64,000 nt of DNA, taken from sequence record PV390658.1. One strand, given 5' to 3'. The translations under genes were made by a program, and so were the position numbers. Shown here in pieces: positions 19,409 through 28,931 of this stretch (positions are counted from its first letter, which is position 1; each line of letters begins with the position of its first letter). The notes beneath the pieces are model-generated. The model was not told where the DNA came from, searched no databases, and was given only the letters and a program-made list of their open reading frames with translations. The DNA is from Escherichia phage vB_EcoM_P54.

Positions 19409-20512
19409 ATGACAATACTGTACAAACAAAATAAAGACGGCTCTTTTAACGTCTGGTCATGCGTTGCTGTAGGTGACAAAGTTATTACAACCTACGGTAA
19501 AGAAAATGGCAAGATGATGTTTGAAGAGTACACAGCAGAACCTAAAAACATCGGTAAAAAGAATGAGCGTAACGCTGAACAGCAAGCTCTCTTTGAAGTT
19601 GCTGCTAAGTATAAAAAGCAGGTTGACCGTAAAGGCTACGCTTACACAAAAGAGTCTGCACAGAATACTGAGAAGGTAGGTGTACAGCTTGCTCATGATG
19701 CTGCAAAGGTTAGTCATGCAAAGTATCTGAAGTTCCCTGCTGATGCTCAACCGAAACTTGATGGTGTCCGTTGTAGGATTTCAAGGCACTTGAGTATTGG
19801 CAGTGTATTTACAGCATATTCTCGTGAGAATACTGTTTACAAAATCCCTACTGAACTAATACCTGACATTATGGCAATGTTAAGGCTCCACAAAGATGTT
19901 GATGAATTTGATGGAGAGATTTATGCTCATGGGTGGGACTTAGAAGATATCGTCTCCATGATTAAAAATGAAGACAATCCTGACAGACACTTGCTCAAGT
20001 TTTACTGGTACGATATCTGTGACAGTACTAAGACGTGGCCTGAGCGTAGAGATATTATTGAGACTTCACCATTGAATGACTTTAGAGATGGCTGTAAAGT
20101 TGTTCCTGTTAAGTCTCGTCGTGTAAATTCTTGGGAAGAGTTTGATGAAGCCCATGATAAGTGGGTTGAAGCTCAGTTTGAAGGTGCAATGTACCGTTCA
20201 ATCTCTGAAGACTCCTTCTATGAGTGTTGTCACCGTTCATACTTCTTGATTAAGCACAAGAAGATGCACACTGAAGAGTTTAAAGTGACTGGTGTAAAGA
20301 CTGATAAGCGTGGTCATGGCAAGTTCGTTGTAGAGACTCTTCCTAACGTCTTTGTAGATGTCTCATGGAAGACTACTCATGAGAAGAAACAGTATCTTGC
20401 TGAGCATCCTGAAGAGTTTATCGGGAAACCTTTAACGGTTCAGTTCCAGAAGATGACTCGTAAGGGGTCTTTACAGTTCCCTGTTGGGCTGGTTATACGA
20501 GATTATGAATAA
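19409..20512 (+). CDS. ATP-dependent DNA ligase
   Basis: Adenylation motif I KLDGVR; size and layout like T7-type ligases; start set at ATG 19409 behind GAGGA. Confidence 0.8.
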   Translation: MTILYKQNKDGSFNVWSCVAVGDKVITTYGKENGKMMFEEYTAEPKNIGKKNERNAEQQALFEVAAKYKKQVDRKGYAYTKESAQNTEKVGVQLAHDAAKVSHAKYLKFPADAQPKLDGVRCRISRHLSIGSVFTAYSRENTVYKIPTELIPDIMAMLRLHKDVDEFDGEIYAHGWDLEDIVSMIKNEDNPDRHLLKFYWYDICDSTKTWPERRDIIETSPLNDFRDGCKVVPVKSRRVNSWEEFDEAHDKWVEAQFEGAMYRSISEDSFYECCHRSYFLIKHKKMHTEEFKVTGVKTDKRGHGKFVVETLPNVFVDVSWKTTHEKKQYLAEHPEEFIGKPLTVQFQKMTRKGSLQFPVGLVIRDYE

Positions 20513-20518
20513 AAGTTG

Positions 20519-20546
20519 TTGACATAGAAAATTTGGTGAGTATACT
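20519..20546 (+). promoter_or_regulatory. sigma70-like promoter (TTGACA-16-TATACT) embedded in an 8 bp inverted repeat
   Basis: TTGACA at 20519-20524, TATACT at 20541-20546; GGTGAGTA (20535-20542) pairs with TACTCACC (20566-20573). Confidence 0.5.
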
Positions 20547-20619
20547 GAGCAGCATAAACCAACGGGTACTCACCAGCATCACTTAAGAGTCTTCTAAGAA
20601 GGTTTTTAAGTGATGCTCG

Positions 20620-20689
20620 GTCAGGTATGGTGCGGTGGTGTAAGGTGGTGTCAGGTGTAGTATGGTGCGGTGATGTGAGGTATGGGTAG
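20620..20689 (+). repeat. pentanucleotide-periodic tract (GGTNN x14)
   Basis: Reads GGTCA GGTAT GGTGC GGTGG TGTAA GGTGG TGTCA GGTGT AGTAT GGTGC GGTGA TGTGA GGTAT GGGTA. Confidence 0.75.
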
Positions 20690-20767
20690 TTAGTCTCAGC
20701 TACATTAAAATGAGACTTACCTTTTTAAAAGGTCTTTAAACAGGGTATTTTAATAAGGTAGTGTCAG

Positions 20768-20829
20768 GTTAGGTTAGGTGCGTTTTGGTAGGGTAGGGTA
20801 AGGTTCGGTAAGGTATGGGTGGATGGTAG
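20768..20829 (+). repeat. pentanucleotide-periodic tract (GGTNN x12)
   Basis: Reads GGTTA GGTTA GGTGC GTTTT GGTAG GGTAG GGTAA GGTTC GGTAA GGTAT GGGTG GATGG. Confidence 0.75.
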
Positions 20830-20908
20830 TAGCCACGTTAAAAATCTACCAAGTTTCTAAAGAGTCTTCTGTTGAGGGTTCTTTACAAACAACTTAACAA
20901 TCAACTAA

Positions 20909-21514
<606 letters not shown>

Positions 21515-21516
21515 TT

Positions 21517-21957
21517 ATGAATACAAAAGCATTAGCAGCAAAGTTTAGTTACGGTGACACTGTATCACATTCTGAGATGGATACCTTCTTAGGTATTGCG
21601 AAGCCAACTTATCAAGGTGACATTGTTAAGTACGAAGATGAAATGAAGGCTTATGCACTTACACGTCTAAACCGACTTGAGAAGTTTATTGAGAAGCTCC
21701 TTAAAGAAGAGAAGATTTATCTGGTTGCTTCAATGGGTGTTGGTTATCGTGTGGTTGAGCCTAAGCATCAAGCAACTATTGCAAAACGCAAAATGTCTGG
21801 TAAGATTGGTCGTGCTTTAAAGCAAGCCACTCAAGCAATTGAGAATGTGAACACTATGGCACTTAGCCATCAAGAACGTTCACGACTGATTGAACAGCAA
21901 AACCATTTAGCTGCTATGAAAGCTAACATTAACAAGCAACGTAGAAAACCTTTCTAA
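21517..21957 (+). CDS. hypothetical protein (146 aa), cassette gene 2
   Basis: ORF track; followed by a terminator hairpin at 21969-21992. Confidence 0.5.
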   Translation: MNTKALAAKFSYGDTVSHSEMDTFLGIAKPTYQGDIVKYEDEMKAYALTRLNRLEKFIEKLLKEEKIYLVASMGVGYRVVEPKHQATIAKRKMSGKIGRALKQATQAIENVNTMALSHQERSRLIEQQNHLAAMKANINKQRRKPF

Positions 21958-21968
21958 GTTGACTAGGT

Positions 21969-21992
21969 AGCCTCTTCGGAGGCTCCTTTTTA
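21969..21992 (+). terminator. rho-independent terminator after cassette gene 2
   Basis: AGCCTC-ttcg-GAGGCT hairpin followed by CCTTTTT. Confidence 0.65.
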
Positions 21993-22020
21993 AAAGGTCT
22001 TTAAGAGGGTCTTTTAATAA

Positions 22021-22090
22021 GGCTCGGCAATGTTCGGCATGGTCTGGTATAGTCCGGTGCTGTTCGGCGTGGTAAGGTGAGGTATGGGTA
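22021..22090 (+). repeat. pentanucleotide-periodic tract (GGYNN x14)
   Basis: Reads GGCTC GGCAA TGTTC GGCAT GGTCT GGTAT AGTCC GGTGC TGTTC GGCGT GGTAA GGTGA GGTAT GGGTA. Confidence 0.75.
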
Positions 22091-22158
22091 GTTAATCGGA
22101 GCTACATTAAAATTCGATTACATCACTTAAGAGTCTTCTAAGAGGATTTTTAAGTGTT

Positions 22159-22218
22159 GTGAGGCGAGGTACGGTCGGGTATGGCTATGTCTGGTATGGT
22201 TTGGTATGGAAGGATGGC
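22159..22218 (+). repeat. pentanucleotide-periodic tract (GYNNG x12)
   Basis: Reads GTGAG GCGAG GTACG GTCGG GTATG GCTAT GTCTG GTATG GTTTG GTATG GAAGG ATGGC. Confidence 0.7.
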
Positions 22219-22260
22219 AGCAGCCTTATAAAAAATCTGCCAAATAAGCTATAAAATCTG

Positions 22261-22295
22261 TTGACAAGTCAGGTGTTATAGCTTATTTTTATACT
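22261..22295 (+). promoter_or_regulatory. putative promoter with TTGACAAG box flanked by an 11 bp inverted repeat
   Basis: TTGACA 22261-22266; candidate -10 TATTTT (17 nt spacer) or TATACT (23 nt spacer); ATAAGCTATAA / TTATAGCTTAT brackets the -35. Confidence 0.4.
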
Positions 22296-22333
22296 CAATG
22301 TAATACAAAATTTAATATAACTTTGAGGTCATT

Positions 22334-22717
22334 ATGAAAAAGATTTTATTAGCTGCTGCAATGGTTATGGCAATGAATTTACCAGTCAATGCAACAGAAC
22401 TCCCAAATGTGGACTTATCAGGTGTTCCAGAAGACACTTGCCAGATTGTTAAAGGTGTTGCTCTAGCTAATGGTGAGCTACTTAAACCAATCTCTGAAGA
22501 ATCTTTGACAGAGATGACTGATAAGGTAACTGACTATCAGTATCGTGTTCTTGCAGAGTATTTCCTGCAATCTGCAAACATTAAAGAGAAACACCGTGAT
22601 GATATTGATGTACAGGCTATGCTCAACCACCGTATCCAGTTTAAAGAAGACTTGATGCAAAAAGCTATGTATGGTGTTGAGTATTTCTTAGAAAACAGAA
22701 GCTGCACAGGTATTTGA
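22334..22717 (+). CDS. putative secreted/periplasmic protein (127 aa)
   Basis: N-terminal signal-peptide-like MKKILLAAAMVMAMNLPVNA; GAGGT RBS. Confidence 0.5.
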   Translation: MKKILLAAAMVMAMNLPVNATELPNVDLSGVPEDTCQIVKGVALANGELLKPISEESLTEMTDKVTDYQYRVLAEYFLQSANIKEKHRDDIDVQAMLNHRIQFKEDLMQKAMYGVEYFLENRSCTGI

Positions 22718-22718
22718 T

Positions 22719-22931
22719 ATGGCTCTTAAAAAGTTACATCCCAGAAGCGGTTATGGTAAGATAATTGACGATACAGACGGCTTTACAGTCTTTACAGTTA
22801 TCTGTCAAGATGATTCACAGATTGAAAAGGCTCTTGATGATTATCTTAACGATGAACGTGAAAAGGTTAGAGCTACAAACATAGATTCATTGATTGACAC
22901 TTCACGCAAACGGAAGAAGAAAGATGAATGA
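22719..22931 (+). CDS. hypothetical protein (70 aa)
   Basis: ORF track. Confidence 0.4.
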   Translation: MALKKLHPRSGYGKIIDDTDGFTVFTVICQDDSQIEKALDDYLNDEREKVRATNIDSLIDTSRKRKKKDE

Positions 22932-23223
22932 GACTTTTGACCCTTATGCTCCACAAGATGATTGGGAGGCTGACAGAGAGGCTGAAATGGAGAGTTATAT
23001 TTGCCCAATGGATGTAGACGAAATGAGAGACTTCGTTGCACATCGTTTTAAGAGAGAGATTAAATCCAGAGGTCTTTCTCAAGAACAAGTTGCTAAAATT
23101 TGTGGTATCTCTCAAGCTCGTGTATCCAACATAATCAACCTCACTGGTAATGTCTCTCTTGAGTTTATGTTGGAAGTATGTGAAAAATTTGGTGTTAACT
23201 TTAATTTAAGGCTGGCAGATTAA
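22924..23223 (+). CDS. helix-turn-helix DNA-binding protein (XRE-like)
   Basis: LSQEQVAKICGISQARVSNIIN is a classic HTH; start set at ATG 22924 overlapping the upstream stop. Confidence 0.5.
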   Translation: MNETFDPYAPQDDWEADREAEMESYICPMDVDEMRDFVAHRFKREIKSRGLSQEQVAKICGISQARVSNIINLTGNVSLEFMLEVCEKFGVNFNLRLAD

Positions 23224-23224
23224 T

Positions 23225-23584
23225 ATGAAACGTGAAAACATTATCCACTCTGAAAACTTCGCATTAGGCTTTTATGGTGTACCTACTCACCTTGAAAAGT
23301 ATTACGGTGTAAAGATTCTTTCCAACCTCATTATGGCTTACAAAGATGGTAAGATTAAGCATACTGAGAAGAAACGTGTCATGGGTTACATGGCTGTAGG
23401 TTCAGCAATCTCAAACATTAAGCTGGAAACAACTAGCAGTAAGATTGTGAAAGACCACTTCATCAAAGAGCTTTACCAGAATCTTGATGGTGTAGATGTT
23501 CAGGCTGTTTGGCTGGATGTTGATGGTCATAACTACACAAGTTTCGTTTTCAAAAACGATGACATCAAGTGTCTGTTCCCATAA
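23225..23584 (+). CDS. hypothetical protein (119 aa)
   Basis: ORF track. Confidence 0.45.
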   Translation: MKRENIIHSENFALGFYGVPTHLEKYYGVKILSNLIMAYKDGKIKHTEKKRVMGYMAVGSAISNIKLETTSSKIVKDHFIKELYQNLDGVDVQAVWLDVDGHNYTSFVFKNDDIKCLFP

Positions 23585-23597
23585 TAGGTGATGAATT

Positions 23598-24113
23598 ATG
23601 ATTGATATCTACTTGCAAGATGCTCATGCAGACTTCCTTAAATTGATGCTTAAAAAGTTTATGGCTTCACAGTATGAGAATGAAGCATCTTTTAAAATAG
23701 TTACATGTGGCGACGAAGCTGGTTTTGTTGAGATTGAACATGAAGGCACTGGAAAGACTGTTTGCAAGTTACCTGATAGCATGTTCTCTAGCACATTCTT
23801 AGCAAAGACTAGCATAAATGTTAAGCTTGTACCTCAGATTGAAACATACTCTGGTACAGATTACCCTAAAGGTTTTAAGTCACTGATGAAGTACTTCTTA
23901 GATGACTTTGTGAGTAATCTTCTGAGAGAGGTAAAAGAAAGCCGTACAGTGTTGACTGTAGAGAATATGGGAGGCACTATAAGGGTTACTTCTGACTGCT
24001 TTGTTATGAGCCTTTTCGACTTCGTTCCTAAGAACTTTGATGGTATTCTGGATGAAGAAGATGACTGCGTAGACTTTATATTGGTTCTTGAACCAGTTTT
24101 TGAGGTTAAATAA
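23598..24113 (+). CDS. hypothetical protein (171 aa)
   Basis: ORF track. Confidence 0.45.
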   Translation: MIDIYLQDAHADFLKLMLKKFMASQYENEASFKIVTCGDEAGFVEIEHEGTGKTVCKLPDSMFSSTFLAKTSINVKLVPQIETYSGTDYPKGFKSLMKYFLDDFVSNLLREVKESRTVLTVENMGGTIRVTSDCFVMSLFDFVPKNFDGILDEEDDCVDFILVLEPVFEVK

Positions 24114-24374
24114 ATGAAAATTGAGCACTGCTATGAGTCTGATGGAACACCTATACGTTGTCCACATTGTGGGTGTACAGACTTGCAAGGTGAAGTTCAT
24201 GTGATTGTTAATGGTCATATAGCTGAAGAAAGTACTACATGTGTTGGTTGTGGTGAGCATCTATCATTCTGGGCTTACGGTTCATACCAACCTACACCGC
24301 ACTTAATCTACCATAGCAATAAAGCTGTGAAGAGTGTTATCAACTGGTTCATTAAGAAAGGATTTACAAAATGA
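24114..24374 (+). CDS. small zinc-ribbon protein (86 aa)
   Basis: CPHCGC ... CVGCGEH Cys pairs. Confidence 0.4.
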   Translation: MKIEHCYESDGTPIRCPHCGCTDLQGEVHVIVNGHIAEESTTCVGCGEHLSFWAYGSYQPTPHLIYHSNKAVKSVINWFIKKGFTK

Positions 24375-24916
24375 TTAAATTAATCTTTGCAAGTGGTGAA
24401 AATGGTGAGTTTGGTACTCCAACTGGTATGCCGTGGCCTCGACATAAACAGGACATGCAAGAGTTTAAGAGACTCACTAAAAATAACTTAGTAGTTATGG
24501 GTAATGAGACTTTTAAGACTCTGGGAAGTAAGCCTTTACCAGAACGTGCAAACCTCATCTTAACAAACTCTGTACCATATTTAGGCATAGATTTTGGCAA
24601 AGATGATGTAATGTATGCTAAGGCCAACAAAGAATCCTTTGGAGCATTTTTGAAGTATCTTGATAGTTCTATTGATGAAGATGTCTTTGTAATTGGTGGT
24701 GCAGGTGTTCTTGTCGATGCTTTGCCGTATGCTGATGTAGTTTTCCATACAGTTTTCCATAAAGTTACTGAAGAGGCCACTGTGTATTTACCTTTTGAAA
24801 ACTTCTTCGATAAACTGTATGATAACCGTGTATTTGCAAAGGTGCAGTCAAGACCCTCAGATGATGGTAAAGCAACCTTTGAAATCTATGTTCCACAAGT
24901 AAAAGGACACTTTTGA
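24371..24916 (+). CDS. frd: dihydrofolate reductase
   Basis: 181 aa; LIFASGENGEFGTPTGMPWP resembles the DHFR N-terminal signature; immediately upstream of thymidylate synthase as in T4 frd-td. Confidence 0.7.
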   Translation: MIKLIFASGENGEFGTPTGMPWPRHKQDMQEFKRLTKNNLVVMGNETFKTLGSKPLPERANLILTNSVPYLGIDFGKDDVMYAKANKESFGAFLKYLDSSIDEDVFVIGGAGVLVDALPYADVVFHTVFHKVTEEATVYLPFENFFDKLYDNRVFAKVQSRPSDDGKATFEIYVPQVKGHF

Positions 24917-24917
24917 T

Positions 24918-25817
24918 ATGTCACAAGCTGATTTGAGTTACAAAAATATCCTGAACCATGTTTTATCCGTTGGTGAACTGCGTACTACACGAACTGGAGA
25001 TGTTATCTCTGCATTTGCTCCACCACAGTTTCGTTTTGATATGAGAACTGGTTTCCCACTCTTAACATCTAAACAGGTGTTTACAAGGCAAGTTATTGGG
25101 GAAGCTTTATGGTTCATGAATGGTGAGAACAGGCTTGGTGAACTCCGTTATCGCACTTGGGGTGAAAATGATGGAGAACGCTGGACTATCTGGTCAGATG
25201 ATTTTAAACGCTGGTTAAGCTCTAACTATTCTTCTGAACAAGATTGGTTAGAAGATGCAGGCGGAAGAATCTATGGAGTTCAGTGGAGAAACTTTGAAGG
25301 TCATAATGGTTGTGTTGTAGACCAGTTAGAAACCTTAGTAACGAAGATGAAGGGTGATATTACAGACCGCTACATGCTTGTTAATGCTTGGAATGCAGCA
25401 GATATTGCAGCTAACTCAATGGCTTTAGCACCTTGTCATGTTCTGTTTCAGGTTTATATCACTAATGAGGGTGAAGTTGACTTGCAATGGTATCAGCGTT
25501 CTGTAGACACCTTTTTAGGACTTCCGTTTAACATTGCATCTTATGGTTTTATTCTGGAAGTTCTTTGTAAGATGACTGGATACACTCCACGGTACTTGAT
25601 AGGTGTCTTTGGAGATACTCAGATTTATCAGAACCATATGAAGCAGGTTTATGAACTGATGAACAATGAAGAGTTTCATGCACCGACTTTTGAGATTGGT
25701 GTCCCACTTAACACTTTAAGTGACTTAAAACATCTCACTGCAAGTGATTTTATCGGTGGTATTAATAATTACCAACATGCAGGAAAGATTGAAGCACCTT
25801 TGTCAGTAGGTAAATAA
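24918..25817 (+). CDS. td: thymidylate synthase
   Basis: 299 aa; active-site region MALAPCHVLFQ (ThyA PCH motif), RTGFPLLTSK. Confidence 0.85.
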   Translation: MSQADLSYKNILNHVLSVGELRTTRTGDVISAFAPPQFRFDMRTGFPLLTSKQVFTRQVIGEALWFMNGENRLGELRYRTWGENDGERWTIWSDDFKRWLSSNYSSEQDWLEDAGGRIYGVQWRNFEGHNGCVVDQLETLVTKMKGDITDRYMLVNAWNAADIAANSMALAPCHVLFQVYITNEGEVDLQWYQRSVDTFLGLPFNIASYGFILEVLCKMTGYTPRYLIGVFGDTQIYQNHMKQVYELMNNEEFHAPTFEIGVPLNTLSDLKHLTASDFIGGINNYQHAGKIEAPLSVGK

Positions 25818-25818
25818 A

Positions 25819-25850
25819 ACAAAAAAGGCTCCCGTAAAAAGGAGCCTTAA
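25819..25850. terminator. bidirectional terminator between td (plus) and the convergent minus-strand gene
   Basis: AGGCTCC-cgtaaaaa-GGAGCCT hairpin flanked by an A-run on the left and T-rich sequence on the right. Confidence 0.6.
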
Positions 25851-25853
25851 ACT

Positions 25854-26225
25854 TTACTTTTCAGTATTCTTTGTGTTCTTTTCAGTAATAGCTTGGAGGG
25901 CTGATACTGATTGAGCCAGATTGTTCACACTATCAGAGAATTTATCAAGAGTCTTAGTAAGTTTTGCGTTCTCACCCTTAACATTCTCTAACTGGACTTT
26001 CTGGTTCTCCATCCCTAGCTGAAGCAGCCTCATATCAGACTGTAAATCACGAATAGCTGAATAATTACTTTTGGAATAATTATCTAACTGCTGTAACTTT
26101 GTTGTGATAGACACTTCTTGCTTACCATCCGAGACTTGCATGGTGGTATACATCCCAATAACACTAAAAATACCAACTACAATTGCACCAATATTATTTT
26201 TAAAAGCTTCCTCTAGCCACTTCAT
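25854..26225 (-). CDS. membrane-anchored coiled-coil protein (123 aa), hypothetical
   Basis: N-terminal TM helix IGAIVVGIFSVIGMY followed by heptad-rich sequence; function unknown. Confidence 0.4.
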   Translation of the reverse strand: MKWLEEAFKNNIGAIVVGIFSVIGMYTTMQVSDGKQEVSITTKLQQLDNYSKSNYSAIRDLQSDMRLLQLGMENQKVQLENVKGENAKLTKTLDKFSDSVNNLAQSVSALQAITEKNTKNTEK

Positions 26226-26419
26226 TTATTCTCCCCCTTAAAAGCTTTTTCTAAGTTATCTACGAACTCATCATCAATAGGTGTGTCTGTTTTACTCGCA
26301 AGGTATCTTGCAAGCCTAAAGAACACTTTCTCAATCATGTATTCACTTAGAAGGGATAAAATGAGTTTCCAGAAGAAGCTACCTAGATTTTTTAGAAGAA
26401 TTGCTAGGATTGTAGGCAT
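26222..26419 (-). CDS. small membrane protein (65 aa), hypothetical
   Basis: Hydrophobic N-terminus ILAILLKNLGSFFWKLILSLL. Confidence 0.35.
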   Translation of the reverse strand: MPTILAILLKNLGSFFWKLILSLLSEYMIEKVFFRLARYLASKTDTPIDDEFVDNLEKAFKGENK

Positions 26420-26497
26420 TTAATCACCTCATCAGCCAAGATGGTGAGAATACCCATAAAAATATTAACACCATCTTAACAATCAGTCAACAAGGGA

Positions 26498-28885
26498 TTA
26501 AGCAGTTCTTACCCAAGCCATTAACTTATAGAACTGGTTAGTAACACTAAATGCTGAACCAGAACCTGTACTACCAGTGTTACCACTAACTGTGTGGCTG
26601 TGAGCACCAATACCTACAGAGTGGGAATGGTCACCAGCACCGCTTGTAGTACCAGACCATGTGTGTGTATGGTTACCAGTTGTGTTAGTGTTAGGGAACT
26701 TGTTATCTCTTCTATCAAGCCAGTCAAGCGTTCTAGGGAGGCTGTTACCAACTGTTGTATATCCGTACAAAGCATCACCACCATTAACCAATAGCAGACC
26801 TAAGTGGTGAGCGTGGTTACCAGCAGCACTTGTTGTACCACTTACAGAGTGAGTATGACCACCAGTACTATTAGTGCCCTTCGTACCATAATCAAAAGAT
26901 GAAGTGGTAGCAGAGAAACTGTGAGTGTGTGATGGTAAGTTACCAACAGCTAACGTCACAGAATCTGAACCACCTGTTGTAGCAACATCTGAACCGTTTG
27001 CTGCTGCGATTCTGATAGTTCTACCAACACCATTGTTCAGGTACGTCCAAGTTAGACCAGGAAGTGCTGTATTAGGGTCAACATTACTGTTAAACCACGT
27101 TACAATACCTACTGGATAGATTTTATTAAGGTCTGTAGAGTCACTAATTGCTGTTGCAATTTTCTGGTCAGTTTCTGCTTTAGTGTATGCACCAATCTCT
27201 GAAGGGGTTGGTCTCTGAGCTTCGGTGTAAACCTTAGACCATACATCCTCAAAACCAAGTGCATCTCTGGCTGTTCTGTACCACATCCCACCATTTTTGT
27301 ACCTAAACTTTAATTGTGCAGATGGTGTAGAGGCTTTCGTATTACAAAACAGGTTTAAGACTAAGAGTTCTGCCCCACCATCACTTGTTGATTCAGTGTA
27401 GATTCCTGAAGGTTGGTTCCAAGCTACACCACCTTCAGTCTCTTTTACCAGACCTCTGGATGCTGACCAGAAATACTTCGAATCAGTTTCTGATTTACCG
27501 TAGTATCTTGCATCAATGTTAGCCCAATCAGAGGGTTGAACTTGACCATTGATTTTCACTGTTTTATTTAGAAAAAAGTCATCTTGCATAAAAATAGTGG
27601 TCCCAGCTTTATCATTGTGGATAATGAGTTTAGATGGGTTTTCTACCTCGCCATTCCCGATGTACCATCTTCTCACATTATCAGCGTTATAACCAGCAAA
27701 GTATAGTGCATTATCCTGAACAGTGTTTCTTAGCTGTAACGATAGGTCATCTTGGAGAATAACTTGTGTAGACCTGAAAATGTTCATGTCACTGAGTTTA
27801 GCAAGATTACTCAAAGTAGCTGCTGGAATGTATCTAGAGTCAATGTTAGTCCAATCAGAAGGTTGAACTTGACCAGTGATTCTCACAGTCTTAGTAGCAC
27901 TAATCACATCTGACAAAGAGATGGTTGTGCTTGTGCTGTAGTTGTGCAGATTAACTACAGAGTCAGAAGTATCAGTCCCTAAGTAGAATTTGCTTGTACC
28001 ATCAGCCTTCACTCCAAGTAGGTATAGTCCGGTTGCATTAGAGGCATTCTTAATAACTAACGCAGCATTATTTCTGGTAATTTTGAACTCACCTACAAAA
28101 TTATTAATACCACTAAAGGTGTTATCACCAGCTAGCTGTGCAAATCTCTGATTAGCTACTGTCTGAGTAAAGTATCTAGCATCTAAGTTAGAGAAGTCAG
28201 AAGGTTGAACTTGACCCATGACTCTTAGTGTCTTGTTAAATGACGCTGTTGCGTCAAGGGTTAACATTGAGCCAGTGGCATGATTGTACAGATAAACATT
28301 AGTGTTGTTTGCATTTCCCTGTCCAACATACCACGTTTGCTGGTTATTAGCATCTCTACCCTGAATATATGAAGCTCCTGCATTCGTTGCTTTCTTAAGG
28401 GTTAACTGCTCACCATCAGTTACAATTGCTTGCCTAATGTTGAAGTTATTTGTTACAGCCAGCCTTGCATATCTTGCATCATTCTCTTCATTAGTTCTCA
28501 TCCCAAGTTCATTAGGGCTTGGTTTATTCAGAGTATGATAAACAGTTGCCGACCTTGAAGCATCTGCAATAGTCAGTTTAAGGCCATTTGCGTTGATTTT
28601 AAAAGTCTTTAAAACATCCCCAATAGTAACCTCAGAAGAGCCTGTTGGGTTAAAGACTACCTTACCACCATAAAGTAACTTAACAATCCCTAAATCACCC
28701 GTCATGGTACTACCAGCAATCTGAACAAACCTTTCAAGTTTAAAAGATGCTAAGAAGTCTTGATAGGTCATTCGACGGTCTTCATCACCCAGCATTTCAG
28801 GTCTCTTTTTAACTCTGACATGAAGAAGGTCATCTGAACGGATTGTGTCGATTGAGTTTAATTCACTCAACTTGTAATCTGCCAT
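26498..28885 (-). CDS. tail fiber protein with internal repeats and His-rich HxH C-terminal domain
   Basis: 795 aa; GQVQPSD(F/W)(S/T/A)N(L/I)D(A/S)RY repeated three times; C-terminus [32 protein letters not shown] resembles T4 gp37/gp12 metal-binding HxH boxes (from memory). Confidence 0.7.
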   Translation of the reverse strand: MADYKLSELNSIDTIRSDDLLHVRVKKRPEMLGDEDRRMTYQDFLASFKLERFVQIAGSTMTGDLGIVKLLYGGKVVFNPTGSSEVTIGDVLKTFKINANGLKLTIADASRSATVYHTLNKPSPNELGMRTNEENDARYARLAVTNNFNIRQAIVTDGEQLTLKKATNAGASYIQGRDANNQQTWYVGQGNANNTNVYLYNHATGSMLTLDATASFNKTLRVMGQVQPSDFSNLDARYFTQTVANQRFAQLAGDNTFSGINNFVGEFKITRNNAALVIKNASNATGLYLLGVKADGTSKFYLGTDTSDSVVNLHNYSTSTTISLSDVISATKTVRITGQVQPSDWTNIDSRYIPAATLSNLAKLSDMNIFRSTQVILQDDLSLQLRNTVQDNALYFAGYNADNVRRWYIGNGEVENPSKLIIHNDKAGTTIFMQDDFFLNKTVKINGQVQPSDWANIDARYYGKSETDSKYFWSASRGLVKETEGGVAWNQPSGIYTESTSDGGAELLVLNLFCNTKASTPSAQLKFRYKNGGMWYRTARDALGFEDVWSKVYTEAQRPTPSEIGAYTKAETDQKIATAISDSTDLNKIYPVGIVTWFNSNVDPNTALPGLTWTYLNNGVGRTIRIAAANGSDVATTGGSDSVTLAVGNLPSHTHSFSATTSSFDYGTKGTNSTGGHTHSVSGTTSAAGNHAHHLGLLLVNGGDALYGYTTVGNSLPRTLDWLDRRDNKFPNTNTTGNHTHTWSGTTSGAGDHSHSVGIGAHSHTVSGNTGSTGSGSAFSVTNQFYKLMAWVRTA

Positions 28886-28931
28886 TATAAATTTTCCTCT
28901 TAAAAGGGGCTATAAAGCCCCTGTAAAGAAA

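Larger units (their letters stand above)
20577..20850 (+). repeat. structured non-coding element, copy A (hairpins H1, H2, H3, H5 plus two GGYNN pentanucleotide tracts)
   Basis: Shares four hairpin modules and tract organisation with copy B at 21984-22241; no ORF; 5-nt periodicity excludes coding. Confidence 0.7.
21984..22241 (+). repeat. structured non-coding element, copy B (same modules in a different order)
   Basis: H3 21984-22022, tract 22021-22090, H2 22094-22119, H1 22121-22159, tract 22159-22218, H5 22216-22241. Confidence 0.7.
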
